Below, in pieces: positions 8,196-17,815 of a stretch of 29,509 nt of DNA. The first letter of the stretch is position 1, and each line of letters opens with the position of its first letter. Made by a program: the position numbers and the translations under genes. This DNA is from a virus (lineage: Duplodnaviria; Heunggongvirae; Uroviricota; Caudoviricetes). The stretch is taken from positions 1 to 29,509 of IMG/VR virus record IMGVR_UViG_2718218398_000001; one strand, written 5' to 3'. A model generated the notes under the pieces. It worked only from the letters and a program-made list of their open reading frames with translations, made no database searches and had not been told where the DNA came from.

Positions 8196-9959
8196 AAAAT
8201 CTCCACAATATTGCTGGTATTGGCGGACTCGCCCTGCAGCGGTTCGTTAAACAGTGCGTGCATTGTTGCCCACGCCAGATCGGCATGGCTGGCTTCTTCG
8301 CTGCGGCTGGCTTCATAGGTCGGGCGGTTGCCGCTGGCGGTGGTGGCGCGACGGATTGCCATAAATGACTGCGCTATGTCGGTGTGTCCGGCGTCAAACT
8401 CCAGACGGCGGTGACTGATAATGTCGTAGGCCTTGAGTACCAGGGCATTTTTAACGTTGGGGTTGTAGACAAACTCCCGGACGGCAGGAAAAAACGCTTT
8501 CACGTTCTCGTAAACCCCGTGACCGACGCCGGTTGAGTCGATACCGATGTATGTCACGTTGTACTGTTCAGTCAGTTTTTTGATGGCGTCAGCCTGGGCG
8601 CGGAAGTCCATCCCGCGCCACTGGTGACGCTCAAGAATGCGGAACTTACCGCCCGGCACGGCTGGCGGTGCCACCACCACGCATCCGGCGCTGTCGCCGT
8701 TCTGCGTACCTTTTGCCGGGTCATAACCGATCCACACTTCGCGCCAGCCAAACGGGCGCAGCGCCAGTGCATGAAAGTCGGTCCAGACTTCCCAGCTGTC
8801 CACCATGCACGCCTGTAGTTCGCTGAGCGGGAACACGGACGCGAGATCGTCCACAAACTCGCACATCAGCAGGTTCTGGTATTCGTCCGGGCTGTATTCC
8901 ATGCGCAACTGGTCAAGGTCGAACAGGTTACAGCCACCGCGCACCGCATCTTCCACGGTGACTATCTGGCGGTATTGCCCGTCAGCGCACAGCAGGCCGG
9001 GGGCCAGATTGCTGTGGGACAGATCAATGTCCACCTTGTCGGCTTTGTTGCGTCCACGGTTGAACAGCGCACCGGACCAGAACGGATAAGCACTGTGGGT
9101 CAGGCTGGATGGTGTGGAAAAAATAGGTCTGCCGCCATTTCTTGTGAATAGCCATACCGGAAGCCACTTTGCGTAGCTCCTGAAATTTCGGTATCCAGAA
9201 ATATTCATCCAGATACAGGTTGCCGTGATAACTCTGGGCCGTGCGGGCATTGGTGCCGAGGAAGTAAAGCGTGGCCCCGTTAGGAAGCACCATCGGATCG
9301 CCTTTCAGTTCCACATCCACTTCTTTGGCGAAGTCGATGATGTACTGCTTAAAGACGTGGGCCTGTGCCTTACTGGCGGAAAGGAAAATCTGGTTACGTC
9401 CGGTAAGCAGGGCGTCAATCAGGGCTTCACGGGCAAAGTAAAAGGTCGCGCCGATCTGGCGTGACTTCAGCAGGTTGCGGATGCGGTTGGTTTTTCCGGC
9501 TTCCCACCAGTGGCGCTGGTAGTTGAACATGGAGGAATGGAAGATTTCTTCCAGCTTCTCAATCTGTTCATCGGTGAAGACATTCTTTTCCGGCTGACGG
9601 CGCGGGCCTTTGTTGCGGTTGGCGACGTTAGGGTTTAAGTCAGCTTCGTTGCCGCCATTGTTAAACTTGCCGATCCGCGCGTGGCGCTCAGACTGGCGCG
9701 CCAGCAGGTCAATCTCTTTGAAATCTTTCCCTTCTTTGTGCTCCTTCATAATGAGCTGGCAGTAGCGTGCGGCGGTGGTGAGCTGCATCTGATCCAGCGG
9801 CCCATAGTCACCCCACTTGTCGCGTTTTTTCCAGCTGTGAACGGTTGCAACTTTCTCGCCCAGCATTTCAGCAATGCGGGCGACGCGGTATCCCTGAAAG
9901 TACAGCAGCATGGCCTGCCGACGGGGATCGAGATCTGCGGGTGTCAGTGTGGTGTTCAT
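8192..9959 (-). pseudogene. P: Terminase large (ATPase) subunit gpP, frame-disrupted
   Basis: Two overlapping minus-strand ORFs (9024..9959 and 8192..9250) together span 1768 bp, about 589 aa, the size of P2 gpP. One frame change in the 9024..9250 overlap. Confidence 0.85.
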
Positions 9960-10005
9960 GGCACAAACCTACAGCCTTGAATGAAGGCTTTCCCCGCCTG
10001 CGGTT

Positions 10006-10023
10006 TGTGTGGTTGTCGGTACA
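10006..10023. promoter_or_regulatory. Ogr/Delta-type late-promoter activator site (TGT-N12-ACA) in the P/O divergent region
   Basis: tgt gtggttgtcggt aca, about 80-95 bp upstream of the O start (10102), in the divergent P-O intergenic region where P2 carries its late promoters. Confidence 0.45.
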
Positions 10024-10101
10024 AATACCGCGCATTGTTTCACTGCCCCCATCACCGCAACCATAAGGCTCCAGTAAGTTTTTTCTAACGGAGCACGGCT
10101 C

Positions 10102-10934
10102 ATGACAGTGAAAGCAAAGCGTTTTCGCATCGGGGTGGAAGGTGCCACCACCGATGGACGCGAAATCCAGCGAGAATGGCTGGAACAGATGGCAGCCAGC
10201 TACAACCCGGCGGTGTATACCGCGCTGATTAACCTTGAGCACATCAAGTCTTATCTGCCGGACAGCACCTTTAACCGCTACGCAAGGTGACGGCGCTGTT
10301 TGCTGAAGAAATCACGGAAGGTCCACTGGCAGGCAAGATGGCGCTGTATGCCGACGTTGAGCCAACGGAGTCCCTGGTGGAGCTGGTGAAAAAAGGCCAG
10401 AAATTATTCACCTCTATGGAAGTCAGCCCGAAGTTCGCTGATACGGGCAAAGCCTACCTGGTTGGCCTGGCTGCCACTGATGACCCTGCCAGTCTGGGCA
10501 CTGAAATGCTGACATTCAGCGCCAGTGCAGCCCATAACCCGCTGGCAAACCGCAAGCAGAACCCCGCCAATCTCTTTACCGCTGCAGAGGAAACGGTGAT
10601 CGAACTGGAAGAAGTCCAGGACGACAAACCGTCCCTGTTTGCCCGTGTCACGGCGCTGTTTACCAAAAAAGAGCAGTCCGATGATGCCCGGTTCTCTGAT
10701 GTGCATAAGGCCGTGGAACTGGTCGCCACTGAACAGCAAAACCTGAGTGCGCGCACCGAAAAATCCCTGTCTGAACAGGAAGAACGCCTGTCTGAGCTGG
10801 AGACTTCCCTGCAGGAGCAGCAAACCGCCTTTAACGAACTGGTGGATAAGCTGAGTCATGAAGACAGCCGCCAGGACTACCGCCAGCGTGCAACAGGCGG
10901 CAACGCCCCCGCTGACACTCTGACCAATTGCTGA
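10102..10934 (+). pseudogene. O: Capsid scaffolding protein gpO, one frame change near 10285
   Basis: ORFs 10102..10290 and 10287..10934. N-terminus FRIGVEGATTDGREI...INLEHIKSYLPD and C-terminus ...SDDARFSDVHKAV...ATGGNAPADTLTNC match P2 gpO. The frame break is consistent with loss of one G in a GG run (RYG). Confidence 0.85.
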
Positions 10935-10950
10935 TGGAGCATAAAACCCA

Positions 10951-12017
10951 ATGAAGAAGAATACCCGTTTTGCTTTTAACGCTTACCTGCAGCAGCTGGC
11001 GCGTCTGAACGGTGTGGCAGTTGAAGAACTGTCCAGCAAGTTCACTGTGGAGCCGTCTGTGCAGCAGACGCTGGAAGACCAGATCCAGCAGTCCGCCGCT
11101 TTCCTGACGCTGATTAACGTCACGCCCAGTGACTGAGCAGTCCGGTCAGCTGCTGGGGCTGGGTGTTGGCAGCACCATTGCCGGAACCACTGATACCACC
11201 GCGAAAGAGCGTGAACCTGTCCGATCCGACGCTGATGGTCGATGTGGAATACAAATGTGAACAGACCAACTTTTGACACGGTGCTGACCTACGCGAAGCT
11301 GGACCTGTGGGCGAAGTTTCAGGATTTCCAGGTGCGTATCCGTGACGGCCATCGTGAAACGTCAGGCACTGGACCGCATCATGATCGGCTTTAAACGGCG
11401 TGAAGCGTGCGAAAACCTCCAACCGTAGTGAAAACCCCGCTGCTGCAGGATGTGAACAAAGGCTGGCTGCAGAAAATCCGTGAGGATGCACCGGATCACG
11501 TCATGGGCAGCACCACCACGGGTGGTGAAACCACACCGGGCGCGGTGAAAGTCGGCAAAGGTGGAGAATATGCCAACCTGGACGCCGTGGTGATGGATGC
11601 TGTCAATGAGCTTATCGACGTGGTCTACCAGGACGATGACGATCTGGTGGTGATTTGCGGTCGTGAGCTGCTGTCTGACAAATATTTCCCGCTGGTCAAC
11701 AAAGAGCAGGAAAACAGTGAAAAACTGGCTGCCGATATGAATCATCAGTCAGAAACGCATGGGTGGCCTGCAGGCCGTGCGTGCGCCGTTCTTCCCGCCG
11801 AATGCGCTGCTGATCACCCCGTCTGGATAACCTGTCCATTTACTGGCAGGAGGACACCCGCCGCCGTTCGGTTATCGACAACCCGAAACGTGACCGGATT
11901 GAAAACTTTGAATCCGTTAACGAAGCCTATGTGGTTGAGGACTACCGCTGCGCAGCACTGGTGGAAAACATCCAGATTGGCGACTTCAGCGCCGCCGCCG
12001 CAGAAGCCGGAGCATAA
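10951..12017 (+). pseudogene. N: Major capsid protein gpN, multiply frame-disrupted
   Basis: N-terminus MKKNTRFAFNAYL...KFTVEPSVQQTL (10951..11136) and a later segment VKVGKGGEYANLDAVVMDAVNELIDVVYQDDDDLVVICGRELLSDKYFPLVNKEQENSEKLAAD match P2 gpN in different frames. At least four frame changes between 11136 and 11880. Stop at 12015..12017. Confidence 0.85.
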
Positions 12018-12020
12018 ACC

Positions 12021-12662
12021 ATGAGCCTGAGTCCCGCACGGCAGCATCGCCTGCGCGTTCAGGCTGAACAGGCCGCCCGCGAGGGCGGCAGTGTTCGCCA
12101 CGCGTCGGGCTATGACCTGATGCTGCTGCAACTGGCGGAAGACCGCCGCCGTCTCAAGGGCGTTCAGTCCACGGTCAAAAAAGCGGAAATCAAGGTGGAG
12201 CTGCTGCCGAAGTACGCCGCCTGGGCAGAGGGTGTCCTGGCTGCCGGAGGCGCTCAACAGGATGACGTGCTGATGTACGTGATGCTGTGGCGCATTGATG
12301 CCGGAGATTATGCCGGGGCGCTGGAGATCGGGCGTCATGCCCTGCGTCATGGCTGGGTGATGCCGCTGGGTAACCGCAACGTGCAGACCGTGCTGGCAGA
12401 GGAAATGGCAGATGCAGCCCAGAGCGCAATGCTTGCCGCCACCGGCTTTGATGCCGATCTGTTGCTGCAGACGCTGGAGCTGACAGACGGTATGGATATG
12501 CCGGACCAGTCACGGGCGCGTCTGCATAAAGCGATTGGCGCTGTCCTGAGTGAAAACAATCCGGCGTCCGCCCTTAATCATCTCAACCATGCGTTACAGC
12601 TCGATCCCCGCTGTGGCGTGAAAAAAAGACAAACAGCAGCTGGAGCGCAGACTGCGCAATGA
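12021..12662 (+). CDS. M: Terminase small (endonuclease) subunit gpM
   Basis: 213-aa product collinear with P2 gpM (…DDVLMYVMLWRIDAGDYAGALEIGRHALRHGW…). The extreme C-terminus may carry a 1-nt indel in the A-run at 12614..12620. Confidence 0.8.
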   Translation: MSLSPARQHRLRVQAEQAAREGGSVRHASGYDLMLLQLAEDRRRLKGVQSTVKKAEIKVELLPKYAAWAEGVLAAGGAQQDDVLMYVMLWRIDAGDYAGALEIGRHALRHGWVMPLGNRNVQTVLAEEMADAAQSAMLAATGFDADLLLQTLELTDGMDMPDQSRARLHKAIGAVLSENNPASALNHLNHALQLDPRCGVKKRQTAAGAQTAQ

Positions 12663-12767
12663 CAGCCGCTGACAGAACGTGCCCCCGCGCACGGGCGGCA
12701 CGGGGTGGCGAAAGGCACTGCCACATCAAAACCCCGTCCACCGCCCTCTATTTCAGGAGAAAGCAGC

Positions 12768-13232
12768 ATGAAGTTTGTTGCGCCAGAACAGGCACCGGAA
12801 CAGGCGGAAATCATCAGGAATACGCCGTTCTGGCCTGATGTGGACCTGTCGGAGTTTCGCAGTGTCATGCGCACTGACGGCACGGTGACGCAGCCGCGTT
12901 TAAAGCAGGTTGCGCTGTCGGCAATTTCGGAGGTCAACGCAGAGCTGTATGAGTTTCGCAGACGTCAGCAGATGCTGGGGTATGCGTCGCTGGCTGAGGT
13001 TCCGGCGGAACAGCTGGACGGCAAAAGTGAGCGCATCCAGCACTATTTCAACGCGGTTTACTGCTGGGCACGCGCCATGCTCAACGAACGATACCAGGAC
13101 TATGACGCCACGGCATCCGGTGTGAAGCGAGGCGAGGAACTGGCGGAATCCAGCGGTGATTTGTGGCGTGACGCCCGCTGGGCCATCAGCCGGGTGCAGG
13201 ATGCGCCGCACTGCACAGTGGAGCTTATCTGA
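12768..13232 (+). CDS. L: Head completion/stabilisation protein gpL
   Basis: ATG 12768 with RBS AGGAG. Product MKFVAPEQAPE... in conserved P2 position after M. The six-frame ORF start at 12705 is probably an upstream extension. Confidence 0.75.
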   Translation: MKFVAPEQAPEQAEIIRNTPFWPDVDLSEFRSVMRTDGTVTQPRLKQVALSAISEVNAELYEFRRRQQMLGYASLAEVPAEQLDGKSERIQHYFNAVYCWARAMLNERYQDYDATASGVKRGEELAESSGDLWRDARWAISRVQDAPHCTVELI

Positions 13233-13435
13233 TGAAAGTGCGTGCGCATCAGTATGACACGGTGGACGCGCTTTGCTGGCGTCATTACGGGCGCACGCAG
13301 GGTGTCACGGAGCAGGTACTGAAGGCAAATCCGGGGCTTGCCGAATATGGCCCCTTTTTACCTCACGGGCTGCAGGTGGAGCTGCCGGACATTCCGACCA
13401 CCACCACCGTGCAGACCGTCCAGCTATGGGACTGA
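13232..13435 (+). CDS. X: Tail protein gpX
   Basis: 67-aa product MKVRAHQYDTVDALCWRHYGRT..., the size and sequence pattern of P2 gpX. Its start overlaps the L stop (ATGA). Confidence 0.8.
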   Translation: MKVRAHQYDTVDALCWRHYGRTQGVTEQVLKANPGLAEYGPFLPHGLQVELPDIPTTTTVQTVQLWD

Positions 13436-13438
13436 ATT

Positions 13439-13654
13439 ATGACGCTTGAGCGAATCAGCGCCTTTATCACGTACTGCATCGCCGTTGTGCTGGCCTGGCT
13501 GGGCGATTTGTCCATCAAGGATGCCTCAACGCTGGGCGGCCTGATGATTGGTGTGCTGATGCTGGCTATCAACTGGTACTACAAACACAAAGCCTACCAG
13601 CTTCTGCGCGACGGGCAGATCTCGCGGGAGGACTATGAATCCATCAATCGTTAA
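13439..13654 (+). CDS. Holin (small two-TMD, pinholin-like)
   Basis: 71 aa with two hydrophobic helices and a charged C-terminus. Immediately upstream of, and overlapping, a SAR-type endolysin. Confidence 0.7.
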   Translation: MTLERISAFITYCIAVVLAWLGDLSIKDASTLGGLMIGVLMLAINWYYKHKAYQLLRDGQISREDYESINR

Positions 13655-14147
13655 ACGCTGCCTTGTCGGGGCCGTGCTGGCTATTGCTGCCACGCTGCCG
13701 GGTTTTCAGCAGCTTCACACCTCCGTGGAGGGGCTGAAACTGATTGCAGATTACGAAGGCTGTCGTCTGCAGCCGTATCAGTGCAGCGCGGGCGTCTGGA
13801 CCGACGGCATTGGTAACACGTCAGGCGTCATTCCCGGCAAAACCATTACGGAACGACAGGCAGCTGAAGGGCTGATCTCCAACGTGCTACGAGTGGAGCG
13901 GGCGATGGAAAGGTGTGTGAAGCAACAGCCGCCGCAGAAGGTGTATGACGCTACGGTGTCGTTTGCCTTCAACGTGGGGACGGGCAATGCCTGTAGTTCC
14001 ACGCTGGTGAAATTGCTCAATCAGCGGCGCTGGGCGGATGCATGCCGACAGTTGCCGCGCTGGGTTTATGTGAAAGGTGTTTTTAATCAGGGGCTGGATA
14101 ACCGCCGTGCGCGGGAGATGGCCTGGTGTTTACAGGGAGCAAACTGA
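13635..14147 (+). CDS. K: Endolysin, GH24 (T4-type) lysozyme with N-terminal SAR signal-anchor
   Basis: Catalytic spacing E-x8-C-x5-T (DYEGCRLQPYQCSAGVWT). G/A-rich weakly hydrophobic N-terminal segment CLVGAVLAIAATLPG, typical of SAR endolysins. Confidence 0.8.
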   Translation: MNPSIVKRCLVGAVLAIAATLPGFQQLHTSVEGLKLIADYEGCRLQPYQCSAGVWTDGIGNTSGVIPGKTITERQAAEGLISNVLRVERAMERCVKQQPPQKVYDATVSFAFNVGTGNACSSTLVKLLNQRRWADACRQLPRWVYVKGVFNQGLDNRRAREMAWCLQGAN

Positions 14148-14148
14148 A

Positions 14149-14526
14149 ATGAAAAAGAAATTAATCAGCGGACTGTTTCTGATGTTATGGATGGCGCTGT
14201 TAATCGCAGCAATGGTGTATCCGCAGGGGATTTTTCCGGTACTGGCAGCGTCCGGCGTTTGGGTAGCCTGTTTGCTGACATGGGCGGTAATTCCGGTAGC
14301 ACTGGCTGCGTTAATTAAGAATGGCCCGCTCTGGCAGGAGTTAAGGGCATCTTTGCTGAAGACAATTACCCGAAAAGAAAACGTATTTACCAGTTGGGTG
14401 ATGCGATTGCTGATTGTTGTAAGTCTCGCCTGGACGGGGTGGGCTATTACCCTGGTCTTTTATCTACTGACCGTTATTGCCTTCTGGATCACCCGTAATC
14501 AGATGGCGCAACAGGTAGCAGCATGA
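14149..14526 (+). CDS. lysA: LysA-like membrane protein (lysis timing/antiholin-like)
   Basis: ATG 14149 with RBS GGGAG. 125-aa product with about four predicted TM helices, in the P2 lysA position. Confidence 0.6.
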   Translation: MKKKLISGLFLMLWMALLIAAMVYPQGIFPVLAASGVWVACLLTWAVIPVALAALIKNGPLWQELRASLLKTITRKENVFTSWVMRLLIVVSLAWTGWAITLVFYLLTVIAFWITRNQMAQQVAA

Positions 14527-14951
14527 ACCGGTTGCTGCTGGTTGTGCTGACGTTATTACTGGCGGCGCTGGGCTGGCAGACGTGGCGGCTGGCTGATGCC
14601 AGCCAGACCATCAGCACGCAGGCAGACGAGCTGCAGAGCAAAAGCCAGGCACTGGCAAAGAGCAATAGCCAGCTTATCAGCCTGTCCATTCTGACTGAAA
14701 CCAATAACCGGGAGCAGGCGCGGCTCTATGCCGAAGCAGAACAGACCAGCACGCTGCTGAGACAACGACAACACCGGATCGAGGAACTGAAACGTGAGAA
14801 CGAGGATTTACGCCGCTGGGCTGATACTCCTTTGCCTGCTGACATTATCCGGCTGCGGAAACGTCCGGCACTCACCGGAGGTATGGCTTACCGTCAGTGG
14901 TTGTCCGCGAGTGACGCCGTGTCGGCTGGATCAGGCAACGCCGCGCACTAA
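14523..14951 (+). CDS. lysB: LysB, Rz-like inner-membrane spanin (i-spanin)
   Basis: N-terminal TMD (LLLVVLTLLLAALGW) followed by a coiled-coil periplasmic domain. P2 lysB position. Confidence 0.75.
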   Translation: MNRLLLVVLTLLLAALGWQTWRLADASQTISTQADELQSKSQALAKSNSQLISLSILTETNNREQARLYAEAEQTSTLLRQRQHRIEELKRENEDLRRWADTPLPADIIRLRKRPALTGGMAYRQWLSASDAVSAGSGNAAH

Positions 14952-15084
14952 CGGTGATCTGAACGCGTTGCTGGATGAAACGGAGGCCGCCTGGGCGGTC
15001 TGTGCAGACAAAGTGGACATGATTATTGCGTGTCAGGAGCGAAACAGTGAACAAACCACAATCCCTGCGCCACGCCCTCAATAA
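14794..15084 (+). CDS. lysC: LysC, Rz1-like outer-membrane lipoprotein spanin (o-spanin), overlapping lysB in the +1 frame
   Basis: Signal peptide with lipobox LTLSGC, in a different frame from lysB and extending past its stop, which is the P2 lysB/lysC architecture. Confidence 0.7.
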   Translation: MRTRIYAAGLILLCLLTLSGCGNVRHSPEVWLTVSGCPRVTPCRLDQATPRTNGDLNALLDETEAAWAVCADKVDMIIACQERNSEQTTIPAPRPQ

Positions 15085-15478
15085 AGCGGTGCCTTATGTC
15101 CGCAATAACCCGGACAAACTGCATCTGTTTGTGGATAACGGTTCGCTGGTTGCCACGGGGGCCAGCTCCATGTCGTGGGAGTACCGTTACACACTGAACG
15201 CGGTGATTGAGGATTTCAGCGGCGACCAGAATCTGCTGATGGCCCCGGTTTTGCTGTGGCTGAGGGATAACCAGCCCGATGCCATCAATAACCCGGCGTT
15301 ACGGGAAAAGCTATTCACCTTTGAGGTGGATATTCTGCGCAACGATGTCTGTGATATCAGCCTGAACCTGCAACTGACGGAACGTGTGCTGGTCAGCACT
15401 GACGGCAGTGTGTCGAGCGTTGAAGCTATAGCGGAACCTGATGCACCTGAAGAAATGTGGACGGTGAAACGTGGCTGA
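15047..15478 (+). CDS. R: Tail completion protein gpR
   Basis: GTG 15047 with RBS AGGAG (15035..15039). NKPQSLRHALNKAVPYVRNNPDKLHLFVDNGS... matches P2 gpR. Confidence 0.8.
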   Translation: MNKPQSLRHALNKAVPYVRNNPDKLHLFVDNGSLVATGASSMSWEYRYTLNAVIEDFSGDQNLLMAPVLLWLRDNQPDAINNPALREKLFTFEVDILRNDVCDISLNLQLTERVLVSTDGSVSSVEAIAEPDAPEEMWTVKRG

Positions 15479-15917
15479 ACTGCAGAAGGTGGACGACTGG
15501 CTGAGTGCCTTGCTGGCGAATCTGGAACCAGCCTCGAGAAGCCGCATGATGCGCCAGCTGGCGCAGGAACTTCGCCGGACACAGCAGCAGAATATCAGGA
15601 TGCAGCGCAACCCTGACGGCAGCGGCTATGAACCGCGACGGGTAACAGCACGCAGTAAAAAAGGCCGTATCAAACGTCAGATGTTTGCAAAGCTGCGCAC
15701 CACAAAATACCTGAAAACTGCCGCCAGCACCGACTCTGCCAGCGTGCAGTTTGAAGGCAAGGTGCAGCGCATTGCCCGCGTTCACCATTACGGCCTGCGA
15801 GATCGCGTCAGTCGTAAGGGACCGGAGGTTCGTTACGCAGAGCGTCGCCTTCTGGGTGTAAATGATGATGTTGAGGCAATGACCCGCGACATGATTCTGC
15901 AATGGCTGGCGGGGTGA
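15471..15917 (+). CDS. S: Tail completion protein gpS
   Basis: GTG start overlapping the R stop. 148-aa product in conserved P2 order. Confidence 0.75.
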   Translation: MAELQKVDDWLSALLANLEPASRSRMMRQLAQELRRTQQQNIRMQRNPDGSGYEPRRVTARSKKGRIKRQMFAKLRTTKYLKTAASTDSASVQFEGKVQRIARVHHYGLRDRVSRKGPEVRYAERRLLGVNDDVEAMTRDMILQWLAG

Positions 15918-15921
15918 TCTT

Positions 15922-15939
15922 TGTATCAGCACTGATACA
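15922..15939. promoter_or_regulatory. Ogr-type late promoter element upstream of V (TGT-N12-ACA, near-perfect palindrome)
   Basis: ttgtatcag cac tgatacaa, with TGT at 15922..15924 and ACA at 15937..15939, in the S-V intergenic region. Confidence 0.45.
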
Positions 15940-15985
15940 AGTTGCAGCACTGCCGCCTTTCTTCCCCTGATGGCAACCTTTCCCT

Positions 15986-16564
15986 ATGAACGCACAATTA
16001 ACCGAAATCATGCGCCTTATCACCAACCTGATCCGCACAGGGGTAGTCACCGAAGTGGACAGGGAAAACTGGCTTTGCCGGGTGAAAACGGGCGACCTTG
16101 AAACCAACTGGATTAACTGGCTGACGCTGCGCGCGGGTAATGCCCGGACATGGTGGCGACCATCGGAAGGTGAGCAGGTGGTGCTACTGAGTCTGGGCGG
16201 CAATCTGGAAACAGCCTTTGCGCTGCCCGCCATCTATTCGAATCAGTTCGCGCCACCGTCGACGTCGGCAGACGCCTGCGTGACAGAACATCCTGACGGT
16301 GGCTGGTTTGAATACGAACCTGCCACCGGGCGTTGGTATGTAAGGGGCATCAAATCAATGGTCATTGAGGCCGCTGACAACATCACCATGAAAACCAGTG
16401 AGTTTGTACTGGAGGCTGACCACACGCGCATTAACAGCGAAGTGGTGATCAATGGTGGCGTTACCCAGGGCGGCGGAGTGATGAGTTCTAACGGGATTGT
16501 GGTTGATGCACATCAGCATACTGGCGTCCTGAAAGGCGGCGACACAACCGGAGGCCCGGTATGA
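15986..16564 (+). CDS. V: Baseplate spike/assembly protein gpV
   Basis: 192-aa product in conserved P2 order, with the glycine-rich C-terminus typical of gpV. Confidence 0.8.
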   Translation: MNAQLTEIMRLITNLIRTGVVTEVDRENWLCRVKTGDLETNWINWLTLRAGNARTWWRPSEGEQVVLLSLGGNLETAFALPAIYSNQFAPPSTSADACVTEHPDGGWFEYEPATGRWYVRGIKSMVIEAADNITMKTSEFVLEADHTRINSEVVINGGVTQGGGVMSSNGIVVDAHQHTGVLKGGDTTGGPV

Positions 16565-16920
16565 CGCTTTATAGCGGGATGAACAATACCAGCGGTAAAG
16601 CCATTACTGATATTGACCATCTGCGCCAGTCGGTGCGGGACATTTTGTTGACGCCGCAGGGTAGCCGCATTGCCCGTCGGGAATATGGTTCCCTGCTGTC
16701 GGCACTGATAGACCAGCCACAAAATCCGGCATTACGCCTGCAGGTCATGTCGGCAGTGTATGTGGCGCTGAGTCGCTGGGAGCCACGACTGACGCTGGAT
16801 TCCATCACCATCAACAGCAACTTTGACGGTTCTATGGTGGTGGAGCTGACCGGGCGGCGGAATAACGGTGTGCCTGTGTCCCTTTCCGTATCAACAGGAG
16901 CAGAGAATGGCAATGATTGA
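16561..16920 (+). CDS. W: Baseplate protein gpW (gp25/GPW family)
   Basis: 119-aa product. Position and size match P2 gpW. Confidence 0.75.
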   Translation: MTLYSGMNNTSGKAITDIDHLRQSVRDILLTPQGSRIARREYGSLLSALIDQPQNPALRLQVMSAVYVALSRWEPRLTLDSITINSNFDGSMVVELTGRRNNGVPVSLSVSTGAENGND

Positions 16921-17815
16921 CCTTTCGCAGTTGCCTGCACCGCAGATTGTGGATGTGCCGGACTTTGAGACGCTGCTTGCCGAACGCAAGGCAGAATTTG
17001 TGGCGCTTCATCCGAAAGATGAGCAGGAAGCCGTGATCCGCACGCTGGAACTGGAATCTGAACCCGTCACTAAATTGTTGCAGGAGAACGCTTACCGTGA
17101 GTTGCTTCTGCGCCAGCGCATTAACGAAGCCGCGCAGGCGGTGATGGTGGCTTACGCGATGGGCGGCGATCTTGACCAGCTCGCTGCCAACTACAACGTG
17201 ACACGCCTGACGGTGACGCCTGCTGATAATGATGCTGTGCCGCCCGTTGCAGCTGTGATGGAAAGCGATGAAGCGTTACGCCTGCGTGTGCCTGCAGCCT
17301 TTGAAGGGCTTTCTGTTGCGGGGCCAACTGCAGCTTATGAATTTCATGCCCGAAGCGCCGACGGTAGGGTGGCGGATGCCAGTGCAACCAGCCCGGCACC
17401 TGCAGAGGTGGTGCTGACTGTCCTTAGCCGCGAAGGCGATGGAACTGCAGAAAAAGACCTGCTGGACGTGGTGGAAAAAGCTCTGAACAGTGAGAACGTC
17501 CGCCCGGTGGCTGACCGTCTGACGGTTCGCAGCGCAGAAATCATCCCGTATCGCGTGGAAGCCACCATTTTTCTCTATCCGGGACCGGAAGCAGAGCCGG
17601 TAATGGCAGCGGCAAAAGCCAGCCTGCAGAAGTACATCGCCAGTCAGACGCGTCTTGGTCGGGATATTCGCCGTAGCGCCATCTTTGCCGCCCTGCATGT
17701 TGAGGGTGTGCAGCGTGTGGAGCTGGCTTCTCCTCTGGCGGATGTGGTCCTGAACAAAACACAGGCGGCATCATGTACGCAGTGGAGCGTAACCAACGGA
17801 GGAACGGATGAATAG
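16907..17815 (+). CDS. J: Baseplate assembly protein gpJ
   Basis: ATG 16907 with RBS CAGGAG. MAMIDLSQLPAPQIVDVPDFETLLAERKA... is collinear with P2 gpJ (MPIIDLNQLPAP...). Confidence 0.85.
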   Translation: MAMIDLSQLPAPQIVDVPDFETLLAERKAEFVALHPKDEQEAVIRTLELESEPVTKLLQENAYRELLLRQRINEAAQAVMVAYAMGGDLDQLAANYNVTRLTVTPADNDAVPPVAAVMESDEALRLRVPAAFEGLSVAGPTAAYEFHARSADGRVADASATSPAPAEVVLTVLSREGDGTAEKDLLDVVEKALNSENVRPVADRLTVRSAEIIPYRVEATIFLYPGPEAEPVMAAAKASLQKYIASQTRLGRDIRRSAIFAALHVEGVQRVELASPLADVVLNKTQAASCTQWSVTNGGTDE

